This document shows positions 37,064-50,341 of a stretch of DNA of 64,000 bases, one piece after another. The notes under the pieces are model-generated. The model did no database searches. It saw only the letters and a list, made by a program, of their open reading frames with translations, and was not told the DNA's origin. Source of the DNA: Trichodelitschia bisporula (Eukaryota). Position 1 is the stretch's first letter. Each line of letters begins with the position of its first letter. The stretch spans positions 1,458,217 through 1,522,216 of the forward strand of contig ML996690.1 of NCBI GenBank assembly GCA_010356995.1, in the 5' to 3' direction. A program made the position numbers and the translations under genes.

Positions 37064-37817
37064 GATTAACGCTGTCCTTGAAGTTTTGGAGGAGAGTTGA
37101 ACTTTGGAAGCGAGAAAGGCAGTGGAGGGGCACACACTTGGCGGAGGGCGTGCGGGGGGGTCTTGCACGCTAAATAGGCGTGGTATAGCGCTTCGGGAAT
37201 CTTGAATAAGCCGAACAAGAGAGTGGGAGAGAGTGTCTATTTCCGGTGGGCTTCAGAAAAAGAGGGCTGGCAACAGATGGCGATAAGCAGTGGGTTTGAA
37301 ATCGGGGGTGAGGAGGCAAAGTTCGATATGAAGGTGAAATAAGCTGGACGATTCGAGGGCAAATGGCGGTTGAAATGAAATGACGTGGGTGGTTTGTCAG
37401 CCTTCACGGTCAATCGTTGTTCCGAGCTGCAGGTGCAAGCACCAGTGGCGCCGTGGCTTTTGAGCCCGACTCATTATTCCCAGTCAGCATAGCGATCTCT
37501 TTATAAACACAGAACCACACTTGAAAGGTTGCCAGCCTGCAGGTAAGCAGATGGAAACGGTGTTTTTTGAGGTGTTTATTGATCCTAACTCAATATCAAG
37601 AAGTGACACATGCTCCTCCGAGTACATCCGTACGGTACATTCGTACTGTAGGCGCCTTTGACGCCACAGCAAAACCCCCCAACACCCAGTTCGAATCAAG
37701 GTAGCATCTGAAATCACGCCGTACTATCGTACATGTTTCCTACCCACTGCCTCCTCACAACAAGTCTCAACCCCGCTGATCCATCGCTTGTTGCGCTCCT
37801 GTGCCCTCCATACGCTG

Positions 37818-39584
37818 CTATCGGCCTGGTGTGTGGACACTTGAGGCGTTGTGATCCAGGTTGGGTCGGCGGTTGTACGTGCCAGCCTCTGGATCGAGCA
37901 CCAGACTTGACCTGCGCCTCGAGAAGCTCTGCCTCCGTGAGCCATATACGTTCGGTAAGGACGCAATGTGGTGCGTTGGCGTGACCGAGCGAGCCTTGTT
38001 GAGCTGTTCGGCGAACTTTGAGCGGGCGCGTAGCTGAGGGCCTCTCTTGTAGATGACATACACCGCCAGGACCAGCACGAAGGCGATGCAAAACAGGATT
38101 GTCGATGCATCTTCGAGGTGACGGCTCCCGCCGATGTTACGGTAAAAGGGCATCGCCGGGAGGGTGAGCACGCCGGCCAGAAAGTCGCGCGACCAACCAT
38201 TCCCGCCTGTAGCAGAGGCAGAGTACGGTCCATATGCTGCGATCATGTAATCGATTGTGGCCATGTAGATGGAATAATTGGCAATGCCGATGAGCGTGGC
38301 AAAGACCATGGTGCCGATCCAGTGAACGGGTGGCCCGAGACTCGTCCATGCGAAGCCGATGAGTCCAATGGGCAACAATGGAGCTGTCCATAGAAGCCAC
38401 CACAACCGGGACTCGTATTGGATTCTTTCGTCATTTGGAAACTCGCGCCTCTGGCGGATGTTGCGCTTGATGGCCGGAATGAAGGAGAGCCAGCCGATGA
38501 AGTATCCCAGCATGATGGGGATGAAAGCGAGGCCAATGGTGGCGGCGTCGAAGCCCCACTGCTCATACACCAAGGCAAACGAGTTTAGGAAAATGAAAAT
38601 CAGCGCATCGCTGAAGCCGGATAGCAATGACAGAGCCAAGACGATAGGCTCTGTCAAAAACATGCGAAATGGGCGAATGAAGGTCACGAGGATCTCGCGC
38701 AGGTTGATGCGCTCCCGCAAAGGTGTCATTTCGTTCGGCCCGTAGACGTTGGGGTCCACGCCTGTTGCTCGTCGCTTTTTGGCGATGCGGTCCATCATGA
38801 TTGTGCTTCGGGTTTCCGGGACGAAAACGAGATGAAGAAGCTGAACAAAGCCGCCAAAAATGAGCTGAACCCAAATGCACCACCGCCAGTCAAGGTATTT
38901 CTCGATGAAACCGCCGACAATCGGGCCGAGAGCCGAACCGCCCACAGAGGAGAAGACGATATAGGCCACGGCGTACTGCTGGTCGTCCGCGTCCCACATG
39001 TCGGCGATCATCCCGAGTGTGACGGAACCGCCAGCTGAACTAAGTCCGCCCAAGAATCGACCCACCAGAACGCTGCCGAAGTTGGGTGCCAGGGCAACCG
39101 GGAGTTGCCAAATGTTGACGAGCATCAGACTGGCCTGGAGGATCCACTTGCGGCCGACCTCTTCACTCCAAGGCGCCCAAAGCTCGCAGCCGAAGGCATA
39201 TGCCACAAGAAATATCATGGCACCACACCGGGCCGCTTGAAGGCTCACGTCGAATTCATTGGAGACGCCCGGGACGGCGTTGAAGTATAGAGAGGCGTTG
39301 AAATTCATGGAGACCTGAATCCAGAAGATTATTGTCATGATGGACCACTTCTTCCTCGGCGAAAAACCGAATCCAAGTTCGTTTATGCAATCACTCTCGC
39401 GGAGCTCATACTTTTCCTCCATCCCAGTCAGTCCGGATAAGTGTGGTGCATCCTCAAGCCGTTGCAGGCTGTTGGAATTCGTCAACCGGCGGTTCTTTTC
39501 GTCGAGGGCCAGTTTGGCCTCTTCGTCGGCGATGCGCTTTTGTTCAACAGCATGCTGATTGGGCATGGGGTCAGCGTACGACAT
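37818..39584 (-). CDS. MFS transporter, DHA1 drug:H+ antiporter-like
   Basis: About 12 hydrophobic segments; WAPWSEEVGRK motif A variant, GRFLGGLSSAGG, LDWRW, VPET, RPFRMFLTEPI. Confidence 0.92.
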   Translation of the reverse strand: MSYADPMPNQHAVEQKRIADEEAKLALDEKNRRLTNSNSLQRLEDAPHLSGLTGMEEKYELRESDCINELGFGFSPRKKWSIMTIIFWIQVSMNFNASLYFNAVPGVSNEFDVSLQAARCGAMIFLVAYAFGCELWAPWSEEVGRKWILQASLMLVNIWQLPVALAPNFGSVLVGRFLGGLSSAGGSVTLGMIADMWDADDQQYAVAYIVFSSVGGSALGPIVGGFIEKYLDWRWCIWVQLIFGGFVQLLHLVFVPETRSTIMMDRIAKKRRATGVDPNVYGPNEMTPLRERINLREILVTFIRPFRMFLTEPIVLALSLLSGFSDALIFIFLNSFALVYEQWGFDAATIGLAFIPIMLGYFIGWLSFIPAIKRNIRQRREFPNDERIQYESRLWWLLWTAPLLPIGLIGFAWTSLGPPVHWIGTMVFATLIGIANYSIYMATIDYMIAAYGPYSASATGGNGWSRDFLAGVLTLPAMPFYRNIGGSRHLEDASTILFCIAFVLVLAVYVIYKRGPQLRARSKFAEQLNKARSVTPTHHIASLPNVYGSRRQSFSRRRSSLVLDPEAGTYNRRPNLDHNASSVHTPGR

Positions 39585-42442
39585 TTTGATTGGCAACTGA
39601 GTGAGGCACCAAGGAACTTGATAGTGATAAGGTAAAGGAGGTGGAAGAACGGCTTGAGCCTAGAGGCCAGAGAAGTCGAGTGTTGGAAAGGAAATGGCCT
39701 GATGGATACTTGATCAGTCACGTTGGGGTGAGTCCAAAGAATTTCTGAAGTCGGACAGGTTTGGAGAAAATGTGGTGCAGTTCAAGGAGGGAAGGATGAG
39801 CTCTCTCTTATAGGAATGCAGAAGAGGACAGGTCACGATGCAAAAGGCATTGGGTCCTGGAGGTGCGCGTTCAGCGACGTCACCCCGCTAACCGCTCCAG
39901 TCTGGGTCGACAGCCAGTTCAACCCACAAAGTGGCAACCAAATGGGGTTGGAATACTCCGGGGGACGAATAGGTCAAGCGTTTTCAAAAGCTTGACCTAC
40001 CGCTAATGTAGCAGTGGAGCCATCTGGAATGCAAAATGGCATTAGTCCCTAGGAACAGAGAAGAGCCTGGTCGAAGGCCTGAGGTGCGGAGGACTTGCTC
40101 TGAAGTTTGGGAGACTAGGACTGACCCGTCCCAGACCACAGCAAGCTCAGGCTATCGGAGGGTTTACATGATGGTCCAGAAGGGAGAGTGCAGGAAGCAC
40201 CGGGCAGTGAGTGAATACACTGCCATGATGCCGTGGGAAATGCAGAGCCGACAGAAAGGGAGTGAAATGGGCAAGCTCTGTAAGACTTTTTTTTAACACC
40301 GGCAGTTCCGACTTCATGATACTCTTGGGGATGGCTGTGCTGCGATGTGGCTTGATGTCGTTGAGTTGGTGTGGTTTTGCCGACAGCGCGTGAAGACAAG
40401 CTTTGTGGCGTCGGCGGCGGTTTGGTACCAATGACGGAAGATGAAGGCAAGATCGGCCAATGGAAGTTAGGTGGCTTTTGGGCCAGCCCTAGGAAATTCC
40501 ATCAGGCTGAATAATGGCGCCAGGGGCGTCATAGGCAAAAAAAGTTGCGGCCGCCCTGGCTGCGATGTCTTGCCGACGGGGGCGGCCACGAGATTTTCCC
40601 GGCGGACCTTGGTACCTGAGGCGAGCAGTGACAGCATGGCTTCCATTAAAAAGTTAGTCGGCTGCCTCTAGAACTAGACGCCAGCAGGTCATATGGCCTC
40701 TCAACCACTGCTCCTTCCCCGCCTACAACTGGAGATCTAACCCTGAGAGGGACAGTCTTGCTGAGCGGAGCCCTGTTCTGAATTCACCGCGCCCCATAAG
40801 CTTCAGAATGGAGTACTCTCCCGTCGCGGAGCATCTGCAGGCGATGGTATTGGGTCTGGCAACATCAGGATGTGGCGGTGGCAGCCACAGGGGATATCTG
40901 GTAATGCGTTGAACCCCTTTGTAACCCTCGACACGGTGTCCAACAAACACACTGCGAGGAGCACAATCTCTCAAAAGGACTTCCTCGAAGTGTGAGCAAT
41001 TCAGCCGATGTCATCCGGCCTGGTCATCACTCTGACACCAAGTCTAGACCCCCGGGCCGCATCGTGAAGTCAAAGGTCTCTCCTGCCCTGCCATCCTCCC
41101 CCGGTTCCCCATAATGGTGGTCATGGGACCAACTTGCCAGACCCAAGTTCACGATTTCTGAGCCAAAGACTTGAATAGTGGTGTTGATGACGGATGCGTC
41201 GGCTAGTCCTAACCCCCTTTTGCCGACCGCAGCCGCTGTTGCAGAAATCGCCTTTTCAAGAAGACGAAAGGCTTTCAATATCGGACATTCCTCCAGATCA
41301 AGTTGTTTTCTTCTGCACGGTGGTCCTTCGGCTATACCACTCCATGGCCCTCACGGTCATGGAGAATGCGGAGAGATCAGATCTGGGGAAGTGTCCCTGT
41401 GTAGATACTGGAGTTGGCTGATGTCATGGAGTTGAAGAGATGATTGGTGAACCGGATGAAGTATCGGGACCCGCGGGGAACCGTCTAGTGGGCACCGGTG
41501 GGTCGGCGACTCCGCCCCTCCGCTCCCCGCGTAGGTACTACGGTAGTAACATAGTACTACAGTACTACGTACTCCAGTCCGAGCTGGCCTGCATAGCCAA
41601 ATGTGATGCACGCGTTCTGTGACAAATCCTACCTCTGTTGTATCTCAACTGTATTGATGGAGCGGTAAGAGTAGCGGAGTTATTGAAGGAGTATTGAGGT
41701 TAGAGCGGCAGGGGCACTCGCATCCTACCTAGAGTGGGAAGTCTCCTCTGAAGGTGTGTTCACATCACTTGCTTAGGGCTATGCGGAGGATTCGGTTTAT
41801 CTTTATCTTTCACTCTTTGTACCCATACTGTGGTACATCAAACACGACACTACATACACCAACACCAATCTCACACGTCTTCGTCTTCACTCTCCTCACT
41901 TTGTGCTCGATTCGCTCGATAAACTGAGGCAGTTCTTCCCTTCAACAAGAGACATTTGGGGATAGCTTCACTGTGTTGCCGCAGCCATGCTGTTTCGACT
42001 CCCGTATCTTCCATTTGACGTCCATGGTCGGCATATATCCCTGCAAGCGTCTTGACAAGGCCCTAACTTCTTGTGAATGGCGGACTTCCCTTGACGACTA
42101 GCTGGCGGCACTGTTGTTGAGTCTTCTCTTGGACTTCTATAATCAAGCCCATGCTCGGCGCACATTTGACAGTGTCGAAAAAATGCTGCAAGGAAAGTAG
42201 TATAATGATGGCAGGAGCGCAGATGATACATGAAACCATAGAGAGACTACTTAAAGGTCATGCCGAGATGCCAGAGGGTCTTTGCCTAGATGGTGATCAT
42301 TCAACTGAACCCTCAACCACTGTAAACCACGACAGCAGAATGCAAGACGCCATAGGACGTAGGACGGTCCAGCATGATGAGGCATGTTGAGTCAAAGGTA
42401 ATATGAAATCCTTCAAGTACAAAGAGTGGAGTATTGGCCATT

Positions 42443-43703
42443 CTATACGTTTGCCACCAACCGCCGCATTCCTATCCGTGCCTGCTGCGCCATCATTGCA
42501 TCCATAAGCACCAGTGCCGCCATGGCCTCAACAATCGGCACTGCACGGGGTACAACGCAAGGGTCATGTCGTCCCTTGGCCTCAAGAACCCCTTCCTCTT
42601 CGTCGTACGTAGTAGTTGCCTGAGCCTGGCCGATTGTGGCCGGAGGCTTGAACCCCACTGTGAAATAGATATGCGCTCCATTCGATATTCCGCCTTGAAT
42701 GCCACCTGAGTTGTTCGTCTTGGTGGTCAATCGCGGCCGAGGGATCTTACTCTCCACTTCCGCCAGCCCGGTTGCTGACGGCGCCACGGGCGTTGCCTTG
42801 ATGAACGGGTCATTGTGAATGGACCCAGGCATGCGGCAACCGCCGAACCCAGATCCAATCTCAAAGGCTTTTGTGGCGGGTATACTGAGCATGGCATGGG
42901 CGAGCATGGCCTCCAACTTGTCGAAGCACGGCTCACCGAGCCCGGAAGGCACGTTGCGGATCACACAGGTTAGTGTACCGCCGATGCTGTCTTCGCGCGC
43001 CTTGAAGTCGGATATCAAATCCTCCATGCGAGCGGACGCCTCGGCATTGGGGCAGCGTACGGGTGCAAAGGAATCAACCTTCTCGCGCGAAATGGTCTCA
43101 AGAAGAGACAAAAATTCGGGGTTTGTCGACGGGGACGGGTGAATTGCCGTAGGAGGAAAAAGGTATTCATCGCCGATGGACGTAACAAAAGCCACAATCT
43201 CGACGCCCGCACTCAACTTGAGACACTTCTCCGCAATCGCACCGGCGGCCACACGCCCAATGGTCTCTCGCGCGCTAGATCGGCCGCCGCCGCTGCTGGC
43301 GCGGATGCCATACTTCTCCTGGTACGTGAGATCGGCGTGGCTGGGCCGTGGGAACTTGTCCATGGTAGAGTTACCGTAGTCCTTGGGCCGCTGATTTTCA
43401 TTCATGATGCGCATGGCAATGGGCGTACCGAGGGTGAGGCCGCGCTCCGTGCCGGATTGGATCTCGACGCGGTCCTTTTCATCGCGCGGTGTAGTGATGG
43501 CGCTCTGGCCTGGTCGACGGCGTGTGAGTTGGGGCTGGATATCGGCGGCAGAGAGCTCGAGGCAGGGGGGTACTCCATCGACAATGACGCCGACGCTGAG
43601 GCAGTGTGACTCGCCATAACTGGCACGGTTAGCAGGAGAAGTGGAGGGCAGGAGGCGGCGAGTTGTACGTGTGTACTTTGAAATAGTGGCCGAATGTGGA
43701 CAT
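42443..43703 (-). CDS. ARO2: Chorismate synthase
   Basis: [62 protein letters not shown]; one intron near the 5' end. Confidence 0.97.
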
Positions 43704-44110
43704 AGCTGCGGCAGGTCCTTGGTCGAGTGATGATCTCTGAGGTGAAGTAGGGGGCTTTGTGGCTGGCGATTGAGGTTGATAAATATGTTACGCCTGAGCT
43801 CTACCCCACAGTCACAACTCACAGCTTTTCGAATGTTTTACAGGGATGGTTTCGCGGTTGGTAGGTGGCGGGGGAGGTGACGGGGCAATCTCCGTTCCGA
43901 TATCGGCACGGAGTGACGGGGATCTCTCCCGCAGAGACCACTGACATCACTCCCTCCTGACAACGACACCAACAACAACAACATCATCACGCTCTCGTTG
44001 TTCACATTACGGCGTTGTCGGCTCACAGATTTCCACGCTGTTAATTGAGTTCTCACTTTGATCCTCTGGGCACGCTTCGGCTGTCCTCAAAGCAAACGAA
44101 TGCCACTACG

Positions 44111-45314
44111 CTACAGGATCACTACTGGCCTCCCCGGCGGCTGCACCGGTAGGTTCTCATACTGCTGAATCCCCTTCTGAATAGCCGGCAAGCCATGACC
44201 CACCACCATGGGCTCTGGTACTGGCCGAAGCGCCCCACTCTTCAATGCATGGGGTATATACTCTCCCCAAATAACTTTCGTCACCTCCGGATCCAGCTGC
44301 GCCATGTGTACCGCCGAACCTAGTTGTCGTCCGTCAGTTGTATCTCGATGCGCGCCACGGGGATACCTACACCACGTTGCCTTGACCTTTTTGGGCAGGC
44401 CCGCAGGCGGCACCAGAGTGGTAACCACAACGCCGCCATCAAACTCGTCTGCTACTTCGGCGCAAAACCGCACAGTTTCCGGGCTACTGATAGGATCGTA
44501 ACAGCCAAAGAAGCCACCGTACTTCTGAATCGCTTCCACAGACTCCGAAATCTTGGCCTCGCTCTCGCTATCCACGCATTCCCTAGCGCCTAGTCTCTCC
44601 ACGTAGGCAAAATCCTTCTTCGGGACCACGGCCACAACCGTCATCCCGGAAGCGCTCGCCAGCTGTGTAACCGCCGAACCAACCATGGACGACGCTCCGT
44701 TTACGAGCAGTACATGGTTCGTCGGCGATGGGTCCTCCGTCGGTAATGGGAGCCCCAGAAACTCATTCATATACAGCCCTGCTGCGGCTGTGGTAAGTGC
44801 GAACGGCAGCACCACCGCGCGCTCCAACGGCATCGACGTCGGGACGTGCGCGGATAGCGCGGCCGGGACTTGCGTGTACAGCTGGAAACCTCCATTGGCA
44901 GGATTTCCGGTGCAGAGGCTCTGCCCGGTGCTACGGATTGAGATGAGATCGAATGCCGCAAGCTGGGAGACGGGAGCTTACGCAATGACCCGGTCACCTT
45001 CCTTGAATCGCCCTTCCACCTCGGAGCCAACGGCATGCACCGTGCCGGCTATGTCGCCGCCGAGTATATTCGGATATTGCTCGATTTTGACGCAGTCCGA
45101 TTTGGATACGCAAACGATTGCACCACTCTGCGCTGCTCAACAGCCATACCCTAAGTTTTGGGGACCTTACGTGAACTGCGCTGTCTAGGGACGTTACACC
45201 CACAGCTGCCGTTTTGATGACGATATCAGTCGGGCCTGGCTGGGGCATTGGAGCTTCATCGACGACGAGCGGTTCGGCGGATGTGTTCATAACCCAGGCT
45301 GCTTGGTTGGTCAT
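44111..45314 (-). CDS. MDR-superfamily NADPH-dependent oxidoreductase (CipB/enoyl-reductase-like)
   Basis: MTNQAAW...APMPQPGPTDIVIKTAAVG, YPNILGGDIAGTV, LLVNGASSMVGS nucleotide-binding motif, PEPMVVGHGL; three introns. Confidence 0.85.
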
Positions 45315-46082
45315 TGTGTCGTAGGCGGCGAGGAGAAGGGGCAATTGCGTGGGGAGTTTAGTCTACAAAGTAGAGAATATCTCGTCTTCAAATGCGGAAG
45401 TGCTGGAACGACGGACGCAGTCACCCGATCTTCCCCTCACGGAGCATGATGCAAATGCGGGGAATGTATTTTGGCAGTGAGATCATGCGTTGAAGAACAG
45501 ACTACCGGAGGTTGGGCCCGGGACCCTAGGTTCAACCGTTCGCACCCAGATTGATCTACTTACAAAGAGAAAGCTCTACCCTACCGGTATGCGAGCTCAC
45601 CATGGAGAATAGCTCGCTCGTCCTAGAAGTGTGATTGAGCCAGGACTGTCAAGGCCTGCGGGAACCACGCCACAACTCGTAAAGGCACGCGACTCTCTAC
45701 TAGGTATGGTATGAGAGAACAATCCTGCGACTTCGGTAAATGCCGAAAGGTCTCACCACCATCTGCAGGATTTTTATTCGGAATGGATCGTTATCAGCTC
45801 ACCTGAGTTGCAAGTGCGGGGCATGACGGCGCAGGGTGGAGCGAAGTAAATTAGCAGCCTTCGGTACCTTACCGTACTGCGGAATGTACGGTATCATGGG
45901 GAAGTGACGCTTCCGCGCGGTTGAAGCCTTCGATTCATCCCCGCGTGGCTGAGCCTTCGCCTGCGCCACTTGGGCGGTGTCCGCTGATTGGGTGCTTGCG
46001 GACGTTGACGCCACCGAAATATCCGCAGGCCAAACTTGAACATTTGCCATCCCCACAGTCGAGGACATTCCGTACATCTGCC

Positions 46083-46768
46083 ATGTCCCGCGTCAAGAAA
46101 ACGAGAAAGTTCGCGACGGTTAAGCGCCTTATTGGGCAGCGAGACGCTCGCCTGTACGTTTGCTCTCGGACTGCTTGCCGATGAAGCCGTTCCCGCTGAC
46201 TGTGTGTAGCAAGAAGAACCAGCTCATCAACGCCGCCAAAGACGCGAAGCCCCAAACCGACGATGTTGTTCGCGAAGTGTACGTTTCTGCTTCCTGTAGG
46301 AAACATGACGCTAACTCGTCTAGCCCCCAAGTCTCCGCCTCGCTCTTCTTCCAATACAACACGGCGCTCAAACCGCCCTACTCCGTCCTCATCGACACCA
46401 ATTTCCTCTCTCACACGGTGCAGAGGAAACTTGACATGCTCGAGGCCATGATGTCGTGCCTGTACGCTGAGTGTCGCCCCGTCATCACATCCTGCGTCAT
46501 GGCGGAGTTGGAGAAGCTGGGGCCGAAGTACCGTATCGCGCTACGCATAGCCAAAGACGAGCGGTGGGAGCGGCTTGAGTGCGACCACAAGGGCGTGTAC
46601 GCTGACGACTGCATCGTCGATCGCGTCATGAAGCACAAGGTGTACATTGTGGCGACCAACGATCGTGATCTCAAGCGCCGCGTTCGCAAGGTACCGGGTG
46701 TGCCGATCATGAGTGTCGCACGCGGCAAGTACGTGATTGAGCGGCTACCGGATGCGCCGGAGAAGTAG
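46083..46768 (+). CDS. FCF1: PIN-domain rRNA processing nuclease Fcf1/Utp24
   Basis: KKTRKFATVKRLI, PPYSVLIDTNF, YADDCIV, VATNDRDLKRR, YVIERLPDA; two introns. Confidence 0.96.
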
Positions 46769-47047
46769 GCGAGGGCTATTGTGGTGAGGAGTATTTGGGC
46801 GTTACGGTTGAAAAAATCCATATACCCTGTGCGCTGGACAGCGACTCCCGTCTGGGGTGGTTTCCTGGGGATCAGCGCAATCTGCAAGAGGCTTAACACG
46901 CATAGCAGTGTTACTGAGACAAGCACAAAAGCTCGTCATGCACGTCAGTAGAATTTGCAGCAACGATTTGGTCGGTGAATTTTTATCGCTGAGAAAACTA
47001 AGCAATCCATGCTTTTCGCAACTCCTCAACACCATGATATCCAAAGC

Positions 47048-47827
47048 TCAAGCGGGTTTCCCGCGATTCCCTTCCCCACCCTTCACGGTGCCCATATCCG
47101 CCGGCTTCGCACCGATCACCTCGGGGAAGTTGAAGGGTTTCGACAGACCACCCTTGAGCGCCTTCCACACCCCATAATCCCGGCGGTTCATCCAAGTCAG
47201 CGGACCGACCCACGGCTGCACATTCCAGCGCAGCTCAAGCGTCGCATTCTCCCGCTTCGCGATCAAGCCCGTGTGATCGGTAATCTGGTATTTGGGCTTC
47301 TGGTTTGACAGCTTAATGATGCCTGGGCGCTTGGAACGCGAGTAGCTCGGCGAGGAAGTGCGCACGCGCTTGCCGTTCTTCAGGGGTGCGGGATGCGGGT
47401 GGATGTACTGGTTCTGGTGCCAGGGGGCAAGCGCGGAGGGGAGGATAGCGTCCCAGACGATGGCCTGGGTAGGAGGCTCAGAGGCCTTGGAGGACGGGTA
47501 TGTAGCGACGATGTAGAGGAAGACCTGCTTGGTGTTCCAGTTGAAGAGGGAGGAGATGTCGGCGTCAAGGTCGAAGCGGACGTGCGCATATTCCTCGCGC
47601 TTGACGCTGTAGTAGTGCGGACGACCCTTTGCCCTGCAGTGAGTTAGCTATGAAGACCCGGCTTCATGAGGAGGAGAAACGGACACTTGTACGTTGCGCA
47701 GTTTTAGGCTGGCTGAGGGTGCTTGTGGAGAGGTGAAGGCGGAGAGGGCGATGATGACGGCGACAACAGTCGCAACGGTCGTAAAGAACCCGAAGACATT
47801 TTGTATACGCACAGTTGCGGAGTGCAT
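47048..47827 (-). CDS. SPC3: Signal peptidase complex subunit Spc3/SPC22
   Basis: MHSATVRIQNVFGFFTT TM anchor, GRPHYYSVKREEYAHVRFDLDAD, LFNWNTKQVF, NQKPKYQITD, WNVQPWVG; one intron. Confidence 0.93.
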
Positions 47828-48421
47828 GGTGGAGTATATGGGCACCGACGAGCGCAACCTTTGTGATGGTTGGGTGCAAGGTCGCTATGTTCTTCGCGAC
47901 GCGGCTTTGGTGATGGTGACCACCTGTCCTTGCCTGTCACCTGTGGAGTTTCGACCTGGTCCAGGCTGTGATTGGACAATCTGGGGAGGATAGCGGGTGT
48001 ATCTTAACCACCAAGCTAGCCGCCTCTAGCTACTTTAACTCTTATGTCAGCATTGTGGCGCTCTCCCAAAGCAGGCCTTGCCAGGCACAGTGAGGGGTGG
48101 TGGGGCAGGGGGCCAAGGGCTATGGTCCTTGAAAAGTTATGTCATCCCAAGTGCACAAGACCTCTACCAAAATCCGGAGGGGGCAGGGCATGACTTTTTC
48201 AGGCTGCCCTTGGGCGACGCCAGCGAAATCGGAGGCAGATCTTCCCGCGGTGACCCTGACAGAGCCTGAAAAAATTAAACGGAGGTGACTCGAAAAAGGT
48301 TATCGCGGGGTAGTCCTACATACTAATAGCCTCCCGTCTTCAACCGTGAAGAGACCAATTCCCCCCGCTCCTCGCCTTACCTCTACCTCAATTCCCTCTA
48401 CCTCATACTCCAGCCTCAAAC

Positions 48422-49809
48422 ATGCCGTCCGCTCTCCTCCTCGGCTCCGGCTTCGTCGCCACACCCACCGTTGAAATCCTATCCAATGCTGGCGTCAAGG
48501 TTACCGTCGCTTGCCGCACTCTCGCGAAGGCCAGCGCCATGAGCGCCAGTTTCGAGAATGCGACGCCCTTCGCCCTCGATGTTAACAATACCCCCGCTCT
48601 CGAAGCCGCCGTCGCCGCACATGACGTCGTCATCAGCCTCATTCCCTACACCTACCACGCCGCCGTCATCAAGGCTGCCATCAAGGCCAAGAAGCATGTC
48701 GTTACAACGAGCTACGTGTCACCGGCGATGAAGGAGCTGGATGCGGCGGCCAAGGAAGCGGGTATCACAGTCATGAACGAGATTGGCCTCGACCCGGGCA
48801 TCGACCACCTCTACGCCGTCAAGACCATCCACGAGGTTCACGCCGCTGGTGGCAAGATCACGTCGTTCATCTCCATGTGCGGCGGTCTGCCAGCACCGGA
48901 GTGCTCAGACAACCCGCTTGGGTACAAGTTCAGCTGGAGCAGCCGTGGCGTGCTGTTGGCGCTCAAGAACAGCGCACGCTTCTGGCAGGACGGCAAGGTG
49001 GTCGATGTGGCGAGCGCCGACCTGATGGGCACGGCAAAGCCTTTCCACACCGGCTTCCAGGGCTACTCCTTTGTCTGCTACCCTAACCGCGACTCGACGC
49101 CATACAAGGAACTCTATGGCATCCCCGAGTGCCAGACTGTCATTCGCGGCACTCTGCGCTACGCTGGCTTCCCGGAATTTGTCAAGGTGCTCGTGGATGT
49201 GGGCTTCTTGGCTGACGACGAGCGTGATTTCCTCAAGGATGCCAGCCCGCTGTCCTGGCGCGAGGCTACCTCCAAGGTGCTGGGGACAGCCGGGACGAGT
49301 GAGGAGGAGCTGATTGCGGCCATTGAGTCCAAGGCAACGTTCCAAGGTGTGTATCGCCTATTAATTATTTTCGCATCTAACGCCATGTAGACAGCGCAGA
49401 GAAGGACCGCATTGTGGCCGGCCTCCGCTGGATTGGGCTCTTCAGTGACACCCCGGTCCAGAAGCGCGGCACACCGCTTGACACGCTCTGCGCAGAACTC
49501 GAGGCGAAGATGGCGTACGGCCCTGGTGAGCGTGACCTCGTCATGCTGCAGCACCGCTTCGACATTGAGCATGCCGACGGGCGCAAGGAGACGCGCACGA
49601 GCACTCTGTGCGCTAACGGCGAACCCACCGGCTACTCGGCCATGGCGAAGACGGTGGGCGTGCCGTGTGGTGTGGCGACGCTTATGGTGCTGGATGGGCG
49701 GATTTCGCGGCGCGGTGTGCTGGCACCGCACGACATGGAGCTTGCAGGACCGATTATGGACGAGCTGAGGGAAAAGTATGACATTCAATTGATTGAGAAG
49801 ACCATCTGA
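48422..49809 (+). CDS. LYS9: Saccharopine dehydrogenase (NADP+, L-glutamate-forming; saccharopine reductase)
   Basis: LLGSGFVA, VVTTSYVS, NEIGLDPGIDHLYA, GYKFSWSSRG, YPNRDS, RGTLRY, SAMAKTVGVP; intron about 49348-49390. Confidence 0.97.
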
Positions 49810-50156
49810 GAGTCAGGTTCAAGAGGCGCAATAGCAAAAATGCGTGTACGAGTGTCATGCGCTTCATAGATAGGAATTGTTTATGATTCCGGGACGAGCA
49901 ACTGCGGGGATGTGCCTGACAAGGCTGCGCCATAGCCTTGCCCACTCGAACGGCAAGTGGCTCCCCACATGTGGCTGAGTGACCCCCAACTGTTGGCGGC
50001 AGGAATGGGGGAACGGTGAGGAAAGCGTATTACTGTATGTCGGGAACCTGCGGTCATTCTCGGTAGGGTGTTGCCGCCTGTCGCTGTGTACCGTATGGCA
50101 GGCGTGTACCTCCATCCCAGGTTCTGAGGGGGTGCGTGGAATGGACCTCCCCGTCG

Positions 50157-50341
50157 CTTCCACTCCTCCTCCAACGCCTTCCAATTCCCCTTCAACGCCT
50201 TCCGATCCCCCTCCAACACCTTCCAACCCTCCTCTAACCCTCCTCCAACGCCTTCCGCTCCCTCTCCAACGCCTTCCGCTCCCTCTCCAACGCCTTCCGC
50301 TCCCTCTCCCACGCCTTCCACTCCCCCTTCAACGCCTTCCC
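50157..50341. repeat. 21-bp tandem repeat, about 8.5 imperfect copies (TTCCGCTCCCTCTCCAACGCC)
   Basis: Directly visible; on the minus strand it reads as KALERER/KALEEEW heptads. Confidence 0.9.

Noticed and set aside
37680..45545. T-loop-like motifs GTTCGAATC (37689) and GGTTCAA (45529) as tRNAs
   Set aside because: No cloverleaf or acceptor stem could be formed around them.
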